Notes under the pieces: generated by a model
Databases searched by the model: none
Told to the model about the DNA's origin: nothing
Seen by the model: only the letters and a program-made list of their open reading frames with translations
In this document: piece after piece, positions 1 to 14,289 of the stretch
How positions within the stretch are numbered: the stretch's first letter is position 1
Layout of the letters: each line of letters opens with the position of its first letter
Made by a program: the position numbers and the translations under genes
Origin: Lama guanicoe
Lineage: Eukaryota
Assembly: GCA_013239625.1 (NCBI GenBank)
Contig: MU054001.1
Span: 2,548,151 to 2,612,150, forward strand
DNA: 64,000 nucleotides
Direction: 5' to 3'

Positions 1-219
1 GTCCTGCCATTAACAACCATTACTGGTTATTCAATTATATCAATTATTGCCTACATTTAGTGAGAATTCACAACATACCCATTGGTTTATATACTTACTT
101 CATTAAATGCTTGAAATAATCCTATAGGGTATATACTTTCATTATTTCCATTTTGCTCAGCCCTCATACTGTGTTGCAACAGGAGGGCTTCCTGCTTTAA
201 AAAAGAAAGTGGATTAAAT

Positions 220-1070
220 AGAATATAGAGCCTCATAATATAATATCCAAATTTCTCAGAATACAATTTAAAAAAATCACTGCTCATACCAAGAACAAGA
301 AAAATCACAACCTGTGTGGGAAAAGACAACCAATCAATCGATGCCAATACTATGATAAACCAGAATTATCTGACAAGGATTTTTAAAGCAACCATCTTAA
401 AAATGCTTCAATAGCAATTATGACTTCTCTTGGCACAAATCCAAAAATATGAAATCTCAACAAAAAACAGCTGTTATAAAAAAAACAAAATGGAAATTAC
501 AGAACTGAAAAATAAAATCAGTAAAATAAAAAATTCACTGGATGGGCTCAATGTAGAGCGGAGATCACAGAGGATAGAATCAGTAAACTTGAGGACAGAA
601 TAATAGAGTTTACCCAATTTAAACAATAGAGAGAAAGTAGACTGAAAGAAAAATGAACAGGGTCTCAGGAAACTGTGGAACAAGAAAGAGCTGACGTTTG
701 TATCATCGGAGTCCCAGAGAAAGAGGAAAGATAGAATTGTATTGAAATAGTCAAAGAAACAGTAATAGAAAACTTTCTAAATTTGGCAAAATCATGAACC
801 TACATATTCAAGAAACTGAGTGAATCTCAAATGGGATAAGTACAGATAAATGCAAAGAAGTCCATGCCAAGACCATAATTAAACTTCTGAAAACTAAAGA
901 AAAAGTAAATATCTTGAAGGCAGTCACAGAGAAACAAGGCATAGCTTATAGGGGAACACCAAGTTGAATGGCAGTGGATTTGTTATTTGAAACCATGGAA
1001 GCAAGAAAAATGTCATGACATTTTAAAAATATTGAAATAAAATAACTGTCAACCATGAATTCTAAATCCA
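220..1070 (+). mobile_element. Old LINE-1 (L1M-type) 5'/ORF1 fragment
   Basis: A-rich decayed ORF1-like sequence (e.g. aaaaattcactggatgggctcaat...gaatcagtaaacttgaggacag; aaacttctgaaaactaaaga) with many stops. Confidence 0.85.
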
Positions 1071-2559
1071 GAAAACGACATGGTCTTAGAGAATGGGAAG
1101 GGAAGTTACACACAAATGGCTCTAACAGTAGAAGGGACGATGGCTACTAGGGAGACTCAAAGAACACATGTTGCCCAAAAATATAATCAGTAATTAAAGT
1201 CATTTTCCAAGTCAACCAAAATATTTTTGCTTTTTTCTTTTTCACTTTTGTGATTGACTGTTTCTGTATTCTTTTAGAAAAAAATATTGGATGTCTTCCA
1301 CCACTGACAAATCTCAAAACATTTACCATTCTGTGTTTCTCTTCCCAGTGTGTGAAATTATCTTCTTTGCTACTACTAGGGAGTAGTTTCTGACTAGATT
1401 GAGTAGGCAAGACTGAATTGGGAATTAGCGTCTCTTTGGGGCAACATCTATGGCACTCTCGGGTGAAATCCTTGCCCTGTCTTTGCTTTGGCCACCAGGG
1501 ATTGCATTAGCAAACCAAGTTTCTCTGAAAGAGAGATTGGATTGAATCGGATCAGATATTCATCATGATGACCCCAAATTCTTATCAAGATTAGATCTTT
1601 GGCATTCAATGGGAGTAGGTATTTGTCTGTTGGAGACAATGGCTCTTCTGACCTCCCCTCCCCATGCAAGAACTTTAACAGACAGAAAACAGAGATGAAG
1701 AAGAGTAGAAGCAGCAATAAGGAAAGATAGGAAGCTCTGCCATTTGAGCTTAGATTAAAAGGCTCCATCAACGCCTGGATTCTGTTCATGCAAGTCTCTA
1801 AGCACCTTTAACCATTCTAAATTTTATTTGGTGAACTTTGTTTCATATAATATTCTCATCTTCCTTAAACAGATTGGCCGTGTATGATTGTACCCATTCC
1901 TTAGATGAGAAGATCATTGCACAGATTTCACATGGTACAGCTAACTGGCATCTAGAACTTGAAGCTATTTTAGTACTTATTGGTGTACCACAGACTTTTG
2001 CTATAGACTTAAATCTCCATGTGACTTAAGTAATTCCCTCCATTCTGGCCCCTCACTGGCAAGTGGACTCCAAATAGACTTTGCCACGCAGTGATGAGGA
2101 GGTAATTCTGTCATGACTAAATGGATCTTGCAAAGAATCATTGAAGAGAGTCCCTTTTCACTTGGGGAACCACAGCTTGAAGGCTCAAAGCTGTGAAAGA
2201 TAAATTAACCTTCCCTCGGACTTCGTCCAACCTGCCAAGCAAACTGGAAGTAATTATTTTATGTGGAATGCTTATTGCCATTACAGTGGCAGGGACTTGA
2301 TTTCACCATTTAGCAGAGCCATCTGTCCCTTCCTTGGCAGGCACACTGATCGCATGTCACCTGGGGCCCTGGCACTCCTGGGCCTTGACTGCAGGGTATG
2401 TCCAAGGCTAAGATGTATATAGAGAGTGAGAAGACCTGGCTTCCACCCCGAGTTTAGCTGGGAAGATGGGAATTAAGTGTGAAATGATAAACATCCTTCG
2501 AGGCATATTAGTACCAAAAGAGTTGATCAGATAGTACATATTCCGGAAATTAGAAATAA

Positions 2560-2755
2560 TGCACTATGATCACAGCCCAGGCCCTGGTTCTACCACTTGT
2601 GAACTCTGTAATCTTGGGCAAGGTATATAACCTCTATATGCTTCAATTGTCTCAGTTACCAAATAGGCATAATAATGCTTACCTCATGGAGCATTACGTG
2701 AAAATGGTGTAAAGATCTTAGTTCACAACAAGTTTTCAGTAAATACTAGCTTTTA
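2560..2755 (+). mobile_element. MIR SINE
   Basis: MIR core-like: ttctaccacttgtgaactctgtaatcttgggcaag...aataatgcttacctcat. Confidence 0.7.
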
Positions 2756-2829
2756 TTGCAGAGTTCAGAGGAGGGGCAGAGCCCTGGGGGTGGTCAAAAA
2801 GGACTTTCTTTGGATTGGAAATACTGCTT

Positions 2830-3060
2830 TGTCTTTTTGCTCCACTTCCATCTAGTTTCATAGCTGTGTCTGCCTCATTGGTCACAGCTGGTTGGTCTAA
2901 GCATGGTCATCTGACCAAGGAGGAGCCAATAAGAGTTCTTTCCCAGAAAAAGTAGAACTGGGAAAGCCAACAACCCCCTGGTGGCTGAGATTGTATGAAG
3001 TAAAACTTGGCAAGATGATGGCTGAGTTTTCTGCTCTGTGGACCAGAGAAGGTAAGATAG
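2830..3060. mobile_element. MLT1-type (MaLR) LTR fragment
   Basis: cattggtcacagctggttggtctaagcatggtcatctgaccaag...ccaataagagt resembles old MLT1 LTRs. Confidence 0.5.
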
Positions 3061-3984
3061 GTAAGGCTTTAAGGGCCAGCTAAGGTTGTTGGTTCTTCAC
3101 TTGTTAAACAAACTGGTATCGGGAGGAGTTTCTGGTCAGGAGCATGAAAACCAGAATCCTAGATCTCCTCCAAACAGACCTGGGGAGTCTTGTTTCCTAG
3201 AAAATACCTGCTTTTTAATGATGCTGAAAGTTAGTGATCACTGTAAATGCTGCACAAAGTGTGCATTCAGGGTTTAGTAACATTTATAGTCTCCAGCTTC
3301 TAGTGTATTGACAATATTTTTCCTTTATAGGGAAGTTTCTGCAGTCCTGGCTGTGCCTTAACTACCTTTCTGATTGACACAATCTAATTATTCAGACTAG
3401 ACAGTTACCTCTCATTTCCTCATGGGGAGAAGTTGCCAACAATTTCTATTTAGATCAGGAGCCGTTTGGTGTCGGGTACCACATGGCAGCAAGAAATGAT
3501 GAGCGCATATGAACCATCGCTTAAATTCTTGCTGAGACAGTTATGTTGCCATGATAAGGAATATGCGTTAAAAAAATCCCCACATCTTCATAAGTAACAA
3601 ACCAGTTGTGATAAATGGCATGCCACTACGTTCCTGGAACTCTGATTTCTTAGAGACTCTAAAGAGAAGGAAACTGTCCTATCATTCTGGCTTTTATGTG
3701 CCAGGTAGCCTGGCCATTGGAGTCATTCCTGGCTTTGACAACATTTCTGTGCCTCATAATATTGTTGGGGAGATTAGATGGTAGAAGGCATCAATAAAGG
3801 GCCTGGCATGTGCTAAATGCTTGACAAACAACAGGAATTAGTATTATTTTTAATAATAGCTCCCTAGAATTTGCTAATTTTGTCTTTTTAGCTAGATCAT
3901 AAATCTCATTAAGAAGAGGATACCATGTTGGCATCTTCTGAAGTTTTGGGTTATTGATCCTGTACCATTTACTTTAGTTTTCCT

Positions 3985-6900
3985 TTTTTTGTGTGCGATT
4001 TTTAAATGTGTGTGTATGTGGGTGTTGAGTTTTTAACACATTCATGGATTCGTGTAATCACTACCACTGTTAGGATTCCATTACCCTCCCAAAAGCCCCT
4101 TGCAATGCCCTCTTGCAGCCAAATACTCCCTCCACCCTCAGCAACCACTGATCTGTTCTACATCCCAATACTTTTGCCTTTTTTAGAATGTCATATCAAT
4201 AGAAACATATAAATGTAATGTTTTGAGATTTGTTTTTCGCTCAGCATTAATGCCTTTGTGTTTAATCCATGTTGTCATGTTTATTAGTAAAGCATTCGTT
4301 TTTATGGCTGAAGAGTATTCTATCATAAGAATGTATCATCGTTTATTCATTTGTGCACCAAAGAACACTTGTGTTGCTTTCAGATTTCAGCTTTTACAAA
4401 TAAATTGCAATAGGAATGAGCATTCACATGATCGATCCTTACTTGGATATATGCTTTCATTTTTCTTGGGCGAATCCTTGGAGTAGAATGGCTGGGTCAT
4501 ATGAGAGGTGTCTGTTTAACTTTATAGGAAGCTGCCCAAACATTTTCCAGAGTGTCTTGACATCCTCACCAGGACTTGATATTTTCAGTTATATTTTAGT
4601 TTTAGCTATTCTAATAGTTGAGGTTTTAACTTGCATTTCTTTATTGGTTAATGACACTGAGCATCTGTGTGTGTGCCTATTACTGATCTGTATAGCCTGT
4701 TCAGTAATGCATCTGTCTACATCTTCCCAGTTCTTCTAAAATTGAGAAATAATCCACATACCATAAAATTCAGTCTTTTAAGGTATACAATTTAATGGGG
4801 TTTTTTTGTATGAACTTTTACAGCCATTAACATTAATTTCAGGATACTTTTATACCCCCAAATGAAATCTCATAATCATTAGCAGTTACTCTTCCTTCTC
4901 CCCTTCCTGGCATCCCCTGGAAACTACTAATCTAATTTCTGTGTGTGTGGATTTGCCTGTTCTGGATAATTCATTTAAATGGAATCCCACAAAATGTGGC
5001 CCTTTGTGACTGGTTCTTTTCATTTAACATTATGTTTTCAATGTCCATCTTTGTTGCAGCATGTATCAGAACCCCATTCCTTTTTCTGGTTAAATATTCC
5101 CTTGTATGAATGTAACACAAGTTATTTTTCTACTCATTGGTTGCTTTGCCTTTCCATATAAATTTTAGAATCAACTTATTTATATATCTACAAAAAAAAA
5201 AACAATTCCAGCAGGCATTTGATTGGAATGCATCAAATCTATAAATCTAATTGGTGACAATTCACATTTCAACCATTCGAGTGTTCCAAACCATGGATAT
5301 GATCTGTCTCTGCACTTATTTAGAACTTCTTTGATTTATTTCACAAGTATTTTGTAGTTCTCAGCAAACAGAAGTTACATATACTTTGTTAGGTGTATCC
5401 TTGAATATTTCATATTTCAGAGCTATTTTAAATGATACTGTTTTCCAAATTTCACTTTCTGATTTTTCATTGATAATCTATAGAAATTTGATATTTTTGT
5501 AGCCTTTTATACTTACTAAACTCTTATTATTTTAAGGATTTGTCTTTTGAATGTTTTGCTTTTTTTTTAACATAGACAAATATGTTATCTGTAGATAGGG
5601 ACACTTTAATTTTTCTTTTCCAATATGTGTGTAGTGATTCAAAATTCATTGAATATGTGAAACTTAGCTTCCTCTCCTGACAAAGAGGCATACTCTTTCC
5701 CTCCTTGCCCACTTCACTTTATCTTAGTAATCCTCCTAATAACTTTATCCATAATGGAGCTTTGAAGATCCATAAGTCCATAACACCCACCCTATGTGCT
5801 CTATATCCCTATCTGCACTTTATGGTGAATGAAGTGCATAATAGAAGCCCGGTAATCAAACAAACAAACAAGAATGTGATGCAAAGTTTGGTATAGATCT
5901 CAAAAGGGATGTCTGGGCAAAGGATATTTTAAGTGACTATTTCCTAGTCATCTAGCCAAAATTGATCTGTCACCATGCCAGTAACGATGATTTGGGTACT
6001 ATTAAATCTAGTAAAATACTTGAGCTGGTATTAGATGAAAAATGAATTTACTTACTCTGCGAAAAAAAAGTACAAAAAAGGTGTGTCTTTTATTAATTGT
6101 GCTTGACTTACTGCACTGGTTATGACTTTCAGTGTAATACTGAGTAGGAGTGAGGAGAGGGCACAAGCTTGCCTTGTTCCTGATCTCAGGAAAAGAAGCA
6201 TTCAGTCTTTCACCATTATGTTATTAGCAGTGTGTTTTTATGGATGCCTTTTATTAGGTTAAGAGCATTTGTTTCCATTCCTAGTTTGGTGATGATCCTT
6301 TTTATTTTAAATGACATTGATCTTTCTGCTTTTATGCAAACATTTATATGTTTATATATTTTTCTTTTTTAGTCTATTAATATGATAGATTTCACTGAGT
6401 TATTTTCATATGTTGAAATAGTTTTGCATTCCTGGGGTTCAACCCATTTGTCATGGTATATAGTTCTTTTTATGCATTGTTGGATTTGATTTGCTATTAT
6501 TTTGTTAGGAATTTTTTCAGTGTTCATGAGGTATAATGGTTTGTAGGGTTTTTTTGTTTGTTTACTTTTGTTGGTATGAGGTTATTGCTAGCCTCAAAAA
6601 TTAGTGAAAGTATCACTTCCTGTCCTCTTTTAAAGACCATGGTTCTGCAGTGATAGTCTGTCTTTTGTTCCTGATATTGGAAATGTCTTCTCTCTTTTAT
6701 CTTTGCCAATATTGTTAGAGATTTATTAATTTTATAGATCTTTTCAAAGAACCAGCTTTCATTTTTATTGATTCTTTCTATTGTTTTTTTTTTATTTTAT
6801 GTCAGTGATTTCTGTTCTTATCCTTATTATTTCCTTCCTTTTGTTTGCTTTGGATTTATTTAGCTCTTTTTTGAATTCATTTGGTGAAAGCATAGACTGT

Positions 6901-9900
6901 TGATCTCAGATTTTTCTTATTTCCTAATACAAGTACTTAATGCCATAAATGTTTCTGTAATCCTTGAATTAACTTCTTTCCACAAATTTTGTTATGTTGT
7001 ATTTTCATTTTTTTACTCAAAATAGTTTTCAGTTTATCTTGATATTTTCCTATATATTATGTCAAAGTGTGTTGTTTAACTTTTATTTATTGGGAGAGCT
7101 CCAGCTGTCATTCTGTTATTTGTTTCTAACAATTCCATTATGACCAGAGAATATAATTTATATTATTTCAAATCTTTTCAATTTGTTAAGGTTTGTTTTA
7201 TGACCCAGGATATAGTCTAGGTTCATGATTTTTCCATAGCTGCTTTAAAAGAATGTGTATTGCACTGTTTGGTGTAATGTTCTTTAAATATCGATTAATT
7301 TTAGTTTGTTGATGGTGTTGTTTAGTTCTTCAATAAACTAGCTGATTCTTCTACTTGTTTGATTGATTACCAATAGAGGAATACTGAAATTTGCAACTGT
7401 AATTGTGGTGTTGCTTGTTTCTACTTAACAGTTATGTAAGTTTTGCTTCATAAATTTTGAGTCTCTATTGTTAAATTTAACCATATTTAGGACTGTATGT
7501 CTTCTTGGTGAATTGATGTTTTTATCTTTTATAATATCCCTCTTTAGCCCTGGTAATTTTTGTTGCAACAAAGTCTTCTTTGTCTGATAATAATTAACCT
7601 CTTCATATTTATTTTCATTAACATTAGCAGGGCATTTTTTCTCCATCATTTTACTTTTAACATAGCTGTATTATTATATTTAAAATGAGTTTCTTGTAGG
7701 CAGAATATAGTTGGGTCTTGTTTTTTTTAATCCATTCTGACAATCTATCTTTTTAATTTGTGTATTCAGACCACTTACATTTAAAGGAATTATTGATATG
7801 TTTAGATTTAGCTCTACTGTTTTATGATTTATTTTCTATTTCCTCTATTTTTGTCTCTTTATTGTCCCTTTCCTGCCTTCTTTGGACTATTTTAATATTT
7901 TTATTATTCCATTTTAATCTATTCATTGAGCTTTTAACTGCCTCTTTTTATAGTTCTTTAGTGGTGGCTTAAGGGGTTAAAATGTACATGCTTCACTTTC
8001 TATGGGCTACTCAGAATTACATTTTTCTACTTTAGGTGGAATATATAAACCTTACTACCATACAGATTACTTCATCCTCTTTTGTTCATACTGTATTTTT
8101 CATATGCATTATATCTATATTCATTAAAAATTCCATCAGAAAGAGCTACTTTTCTGATTTCAACTATCATATCTATTTGAAGAACTTAAGAGGAAAAAAA
8201 TAATCTATTACATTTACCCGAATATTTACCACTTCTTTTATTCCTCCTTCATTTCTGGTGTTTCATGGTTCCTTGTGATCAATTTCTTTCACTCTGAAGG
8301 ACTTCCTGTAGTATGTTTTTAAAATCAGATCTTCAGGAGATTTTTTTTTCAGTTTCCTTTACCTCAGTATGTCATTATTTCATCTTTAACTCTAAAGATT
8401 ATCAATATCAAATTCTTTTCTTTTCCTCCAGCACTTTAAATATATTGTTCCACTGTATGCTGGCTTTCCTAGCGTCAGGTGAGAAATTCGCTTCATTCAA
8501 ATAATTCTTCCTCTGTATGCAATGCCTGGTTTTTCACTGGCTGCTTTCAGAACATTTTTATTGTTTTAATTTTTAGCATGTTGATTATGATGTAAACAAG
8601 AATGGATTTATTTAATTTTATTCTGTTTAAGGTTTGCTGAGCTTCTTAAATCTGTTAATTTATGTTTTGAATCAAGTTTGGGGTGTTTTCAGCCATTAAT
8701 TCCTTAATTTTTTTTTTCTGTACCACACTCTTTATAATCTCATTGTGGATTCTGATGACATGAATATTAGACCTTTTGGTATTGTCCCACAGGTCTCTGT
8801 GACTCTGTTCATCCTTTTTACCCCCAATATTCTTTCTCTGTTATTTACATTTAATGTTTCTATTGATCTTTAAGTTCACCAACTTTTTCTCCTGTCATCC
8901 CTATTCTGCTATCAAGTCCATCAAGTAAATATTTTATGACAGTTGATATGCTTTTTAGTTCTAATATTTATGTTGGATTCTTTTAAAATTTGTAATCTTC
9001 TATTTATCTGCTGAAATCTTCTGTGTTTCAGTTTTTAAAGGTTATTCACCCTGCTCTTTGGACCATAGTTAAGGTAGATACTTTAAAGCATATGTCTGGT
9101 AATTCCAACATCCATATGGATTGATTGTCTTTTCCCTTTCCAGATGTTAAGATTTTCCTGGTTATTTGTAGGTACATTTATTTTGAGTTATATCCTGGCC
9201 TTTTTAAATATTATATTAGGACACTCTTGCTTTTATTACATCATACAGAGAATGTTATGTATTTGTTTGATTGTTTTACCAGGCAGTCAACCTGATTTTG
9301 TTCAGATGGCAAGTTTCTACCTGCCTCCTCTGAGCTATTGTTCCAAAGGCAGCAGTTTCAAAGCCTTTGCAGTGATATTTTGATCTTCCTCACATGCGTG
9401 CTGTCTAGGTGTCTGTTTGGGAATGGGGCAGTGGCCTACTATATAGTTTAAGCTCTTAAAGTTTTGGGAATGTTGTTTGGGATCAGATCCATGTATGTAT
9501 GCATAGCTCAGGGTGAGTACAGGAGTTCTTAACAAAACATTTGTCAACTTTCTCAAGCTCTCTACTTCTGTGACCTCCTCGACATTAAATAGCTTACAAA
9601 AAATTTCCTTTTCTGGTCTTTTGACTAACTAGAAAGCTATCACTTAATTTCTCCTGCCATACTCTCCCCACCTTTTATCTGCTTCTTGGGTAAATGGCAG
9701 GAGAACACACAGGGGAAAAGAGTGATGAGCATTTGCTCTTGAGACCAGTCTCTCTGGTCAGAAAAAAAAAATTCCTCCTCTCTGAGTTTTAGACACCTGC
9801 TCAGCTTCTGGTACCCCTTTTACCACCAGCACTGTGTGGTTGCCTGGGGCTAGAGCCAGGGAAAATGGGAAAAAATGGAATTTTCTCTAGTCTGTGTTAT

Positions 9901-10130
9901 CCAGAGGGCCCCCTTTCCGTTCTTTGGACCAGAAATAGAGCTCTTTTGTAGCTCTTCCTGTCTGCTCTCCATATGCAGTTCTGGGTTTCAAAATGCCTTT
10001 GAATCTAGATCAAGCAATACTGGAAGAGGGAAAGTAGGGAGCTTACTTCTACTATGGTAGTACTTAGAATTCTGGTCTCCACCCCTACTCTGCCTGCTTC
10101 TTCATGGATTTTGTCCACAGTTTTTAGTTT
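3985..10130 (-). mobile_element. Long decayed LINE-1 (old L1M), 3' UTR at left to ORF1/5' UTR at right, with nested insertions
   Basis: T-rich antisense L1 ORF2/ORF1 motifs (gcttgccttgttcctgatctcagg, tatagttgggtcttg, ccacaggtctctgtgactctgttc). A second L1 3'-end fragment lies at ~4740-5140 and an unrelated insert at 5633-6080. Confidence 0.9.
5633..6080 (+). other. Unrecognised ~450-bp insertion inside the L1, with A-rich 3' end and flanking GTGTGT repeats
   Basis: L1 sequence breaks after ccaatatGTGTGT (5627-5632) and resumes at GTGTGTcttttatt (6081-6086). The insert ends gaaaaaaaagtacaaaaaag. Confidence 0.6.
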
Positions 10131-10244
10131 CATGAGTGTTCACTTCATTTTGAACAGAACTTGAACACACCTTTATTTTTGGCAAAGGAAAAAGGATCTT
10201 TTGAGGCATTAGCTAAGCTCTGGCCCTTTTTTAAATTATGAAAA

Positions 10245-10490
10245 TCACATAGAATGATAGTAAAACATGTGGATTCTAGAGCCATTTGCTTGAGTTCAAA
10301 TCTTGATTCTATCACATTTGAGATGTGCAACATTTAGCAAGTTACTTGATTTCTGTGATTGAAAAAGATGTCTTTGAAAATAACAGAAGATACTCCATAA
10401 GGTTAATATTGTATGAGTTAATATTCATAAAGCATTAGAACTTTGTCTGACACCTAGGAAGTGGTATCTAGGTGTTTTATTAATATAAAC
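10245..10490 (+). mobile_element. MIR SINE
   Basis: gagttcaaatcttgattctatcac...gcaagttactt...aagcattagaactttgtctgacac. Confidence 0.7.
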
Positions 10491-10829
10491 GAATGTCCGT
10501 TGGCTCCATAAAGTATAAGGAGTGAGTTTACCTTTTGCATTTCCCAATGCCCTCGGTGTTTAACTTACCATTTTTTTTTGTAAAAGGCTGCAGAGTAGAT
10601 TAAAAATACCATAGAGCATCAGAATCAGGATGATCTGAATTTAAATCCAGTATGAAATATTTAGCCCAGTATCAGTCACATGTGGGGAGCACTGTAAATA
10701 TTCCCTCCTCCTTAATTTAAACGGAAATGTAGAATGCCCAAAGTCCACTATTCTTGATTATTGCTCTAATGCTACTTCCTCATGCATTTACCCACCAGTT
10801 CATTTCTTGATTTGTCTATTGATTAATTA

Positions 10830-11410
10830 ATTAATTAATTTTTAAAAATGTATTAATGTGCCAGGACATGTGTTAAGTGCCATAGAAACAATGGTGAGTA
10901 AAATAGACATGATTCCTGCCATCATGGAGGTTACATTAATCAAAGAATCATCTAAACATACAATTACAAATTATGAAGGTTACACTGAAGAAAAAGTACA
11001 TAGTCTTTTCTGAACATACAACAGGGATCCAATCTAACTGGGAGAGGTGAGGGAGGAAGGTGGTCAATCATGGCTTGAGTTGAGATCTGAATAATGAGTG
11101 AGAACTAAATTGGCCAACTAGTGAGGAAAGGGTAGAGAGGACAGCAGTTTCAGTGGCCCTGTGGTGTGATGAGAGTGGCATGTTCGGTTACTAATATGGT
11201 TGATGAGGTGGTTAGTGAGGGAGTTCAGAGGAGAATGACACCAGAAGAGGACGAAACAGGATGGAGAATTAGGTTAGGGAAGGCCTCACGAACTTTGTGA
11301 AGAACTGTTATAAGAACAAGATGAGGGAATGGAACATTTTTACATGGGATATACATGGTGGGATAGGAGAGGACAAGGATGTGATCACATATACTCTGGA
11401 AAATGATACC
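10830..11410 (-). mobile_element. LINE-2 3' fragment
   Basis: atgtgccaggacatgtgttaagtgc...gacatgattcctgccatcatggag...gagttgagatctgaa, typical antisense L2 3' end. Confidence 0.75.
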
Positions 11411-11659
11411 CATGTCCACCCCGACATGGATGGTTTGAGGCTTACAGTCATTGCTCTGAGTCTAGGTTTACTTAGAATCCATATCCTCCATGATTACTTT
11501 CTCTAGGCTCTTAAGAGGCACCACCAGTCTCTCTACAGTGAAAGTCAAAAAGCTTGGCTTCAGCATCTAAAGATATGGTTGATGATGACGGCCACTGTCT
11601 AATGTTCTCCTCCCCTCCCCCTTTTTGGATGTATTTTATTGGTTTAGGCAAATCATCTT

Positions 11660-11902
11660 CCTCTGCATGCTGACATCAAAAACTGTAGGAGTGAGTTCTC
11701 TTTGTGGTGGAAAAGAATGAAACAGATCCACCAAGAGAGGTACAGATGGGAAATAAGAGTCCCCGTGATATTTGAGTGTCTGGATTAGGCCATCGTGAAA
11801 CTGTTTCCACTCCTACTTTTTCCATGGTTTGGGTTTCCTGGGCCAACAAATTTCTTTTTGTGCTTAAGCCAACTTGCAGCCAAAAGAGTCCTGTCTAATA
11901 CA
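11660..11902 (+). mobile_element. MLT1-type LTR 3' part
   Basis: Ends cttgcagccaaaagagtcctgtctaataca, an MLT1-like terminus. Confidence 0.6.
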
Positions 11903-13719
11903 CTCAACTCATTCAAGAAGTTCTCGGGGACCAAGTTTTGCTTTGTGTGCTAATTAATTTAACTCAAGGATTAGCTGGGATCACTCTGTCCTTTGGATTT
12001 AAATAAAATTTGGCACAAACCTGCATCCCACATATAGAGAGAAAGGACAGAGTTTTGTTTTGTTTTTTCCCTTGGGATTCTTGTTTGAGTGTGTGTACCG
12101 AGGTGGGGGCAGAAGACATGGCAGTGAGAAGAAGGGAGTATGTGAAAATTCTCTCATGGCTGGTTCTGCCCTCAGTGAACCCTCAGCCATATTCAGTTCT
12201 CACATCTGTCAACTCTTCTCTTTCCCTGCCTTCCAAATCAGGAACACAATACTGTTACCTTGATTACCTCCAAATCATTGTCACCAGGAATGGGTGTGTT
12301 GGGTACGTCTTGCTGGCAGATGTCTGGGTGGCAGAGATGTTGGCATATCAAAATTGCAAGCAACTTAAATTTAGACATCAAATCTTCTTAAATTCTACCA
12401 GAATTTCCCAGTGATCACTCTTCACTGTATGCTTCTGCCTCCCATCACGCTGTTCTCACCTTACTCCTTGCTGGGTTGTCCAGTTCTCAGTCCTTTAGAA
12501 TTCCTTTGCAGACAAGTTTCCCTGTCTTCTGATTTTTCTGTCTCCTTGTAGAACCTTCCATCTAGAGCAGTCTGGAGACATACACTGCTTACAAATGCAG
12601 TCCCCTACCTTGAGAAAAACTCTCTACAAGCTGCTAAGTGAAGGTTCTTTTCAGCCCACTTCACTATATATCTATACACTCTGTTTTTGCCTCTTTAATA
12701 TCTCCTTTACTTTCTATTGTTATTTTTACCCCTCCCCCTAAATGTAGCAAAAAAGTCCCCCCAAAAAACTCTTGGCACTGATTCTTGGTGGTGTGCTTTG
12801 CACTCACTGAGCAAATGGTTTTGAAAGGATCATTTTCCCTCATCTACTGGGATCTGGGGAGAGGCCTCAGACCTCTACCTGCCACCCCTGCAACTCAGTA
12901 ATTCTAAGGTACCAACTTGGCAACAGCTCTGAGCAGTCTATTTTGTGACATGCAACCCTTCCCCTTTCCTCGCTCTCCCTACACCCAATAAGAGCTTTGG
13001 CAAAAGAAAGGAAGAAAGAAAAAAAAAAAAAACCTGACGGGGTTCCAGCTCTTCTCTTGCCTTTTTCTCCCAGGTCTCATGTTACGTGAATGAGGAGGCT
13101 CTCTGTTGATTGAACACTTTTGAGCTGACAGCTTCCCTTTCTTCTTTTGCCATGAGAAAGCGTTCAGGGGCTCAGGCATGCTACCTCTTCTATGGCACAG
13201 AGATTGAACAATGTACCAGCTCAGGTCAGCCTCAGGGGTATAGGATTACTCAGCCCTTGACCCCACAGTAGCTGGCCCTAGCACTGCTGTCCCTCTGCTG
13301 TCCGCTCATATACCTTGTTCCAAGGAACATGGCTGATTGACCTTTCATCCCAGGCTTAGCTTTCTTCTTGAACACAGGAGAAGGAAACTCAGGGAGGGCA
13401 GAGCAGTGAGGTGTATCTTCTGTGGCACAAACACATGACCTTACTAATGTCAGTGGTCTAGTGGATTTTCCTAACTATAGCCAAGAGGATTGCCTGTAGG
13501 AGCCAGAATAAAGCTATAAATACCCTTTTCACCCTTTCATCTTCCTGGTAAACTGTAAATAGTAAAATGCAAGTATTATGCATTATTTTTGCATGCCATA
13601 CAGTTCCTAGCCCATACTTCCCATATGCCAGATCCTAAAAAACTTTGAAGTCAATATGAAAGGTGAAAAGATGTCAGGTGTCACAAATAACGTTAATCAA
13701 CAATTAATCATTGTGGACA

Positions 13720-13925
13720 CCATTACTATTTATTGAACACTGAATTACACACTAGGTACTACACAAAACAAAGTCCTTCAAACGGAATGTCTCATTGAAT
13801 CCTCCCAACAAGCTTGTGAATTAGATTTGATCTTTCTGTCTGTTTGATAAACAGAGACAGAGAGGTTTTATTTAAAACCCAACAAGTTTGTACTGGAGTC
13901 AGATTTTTAACCCAGACTACCTCTA
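13720..13925 (-). mobile_element. MIR SINE
   Basis: atttattgaacact...ctcattgaatcctcccaacaagc...aaacagagacagagagg. Confidence 0.65.
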
Positions 13926-14289
13926 CTCTATGCTGAATTGCATACTAAAGCCATGCATGTCGTGGATGTATCAAGAAAGCAGTCTTGACTCTTGATGAAT
14001 ATAGTACAAGTGTTAATGGGAGAAATCATATCTATGCAAGGAAAAGTGAAGGGAATTTTTCTCTTTGAATGTTCCTTGTGTTGTGTTTTCCTGTAAACAT
14101 CAGCATTCTTTTGATAGTTTCCACTGACACTCTGATGCTAGATAGACTTAAGGAGTTCAGATTCCCTGAGAGGTATCTTTGAAGCAAAACTGGAAGTTTA
14201 GAGACTCCTTCTCTCATCCTAAGACTGAAAAGTGTTTTAAGGAACAGAAAAATCAGAGATTTGGCATGCAGTGTTCAGAAAATCAAAGC

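Noticed and set aside
87..10060. Many short ORFs, some K-rich or hydrophobic
   Set aside because: Almost all overlap decayed L1 or low-complexity AT-rich DNA; there is no intact ORF1 or ORF2.
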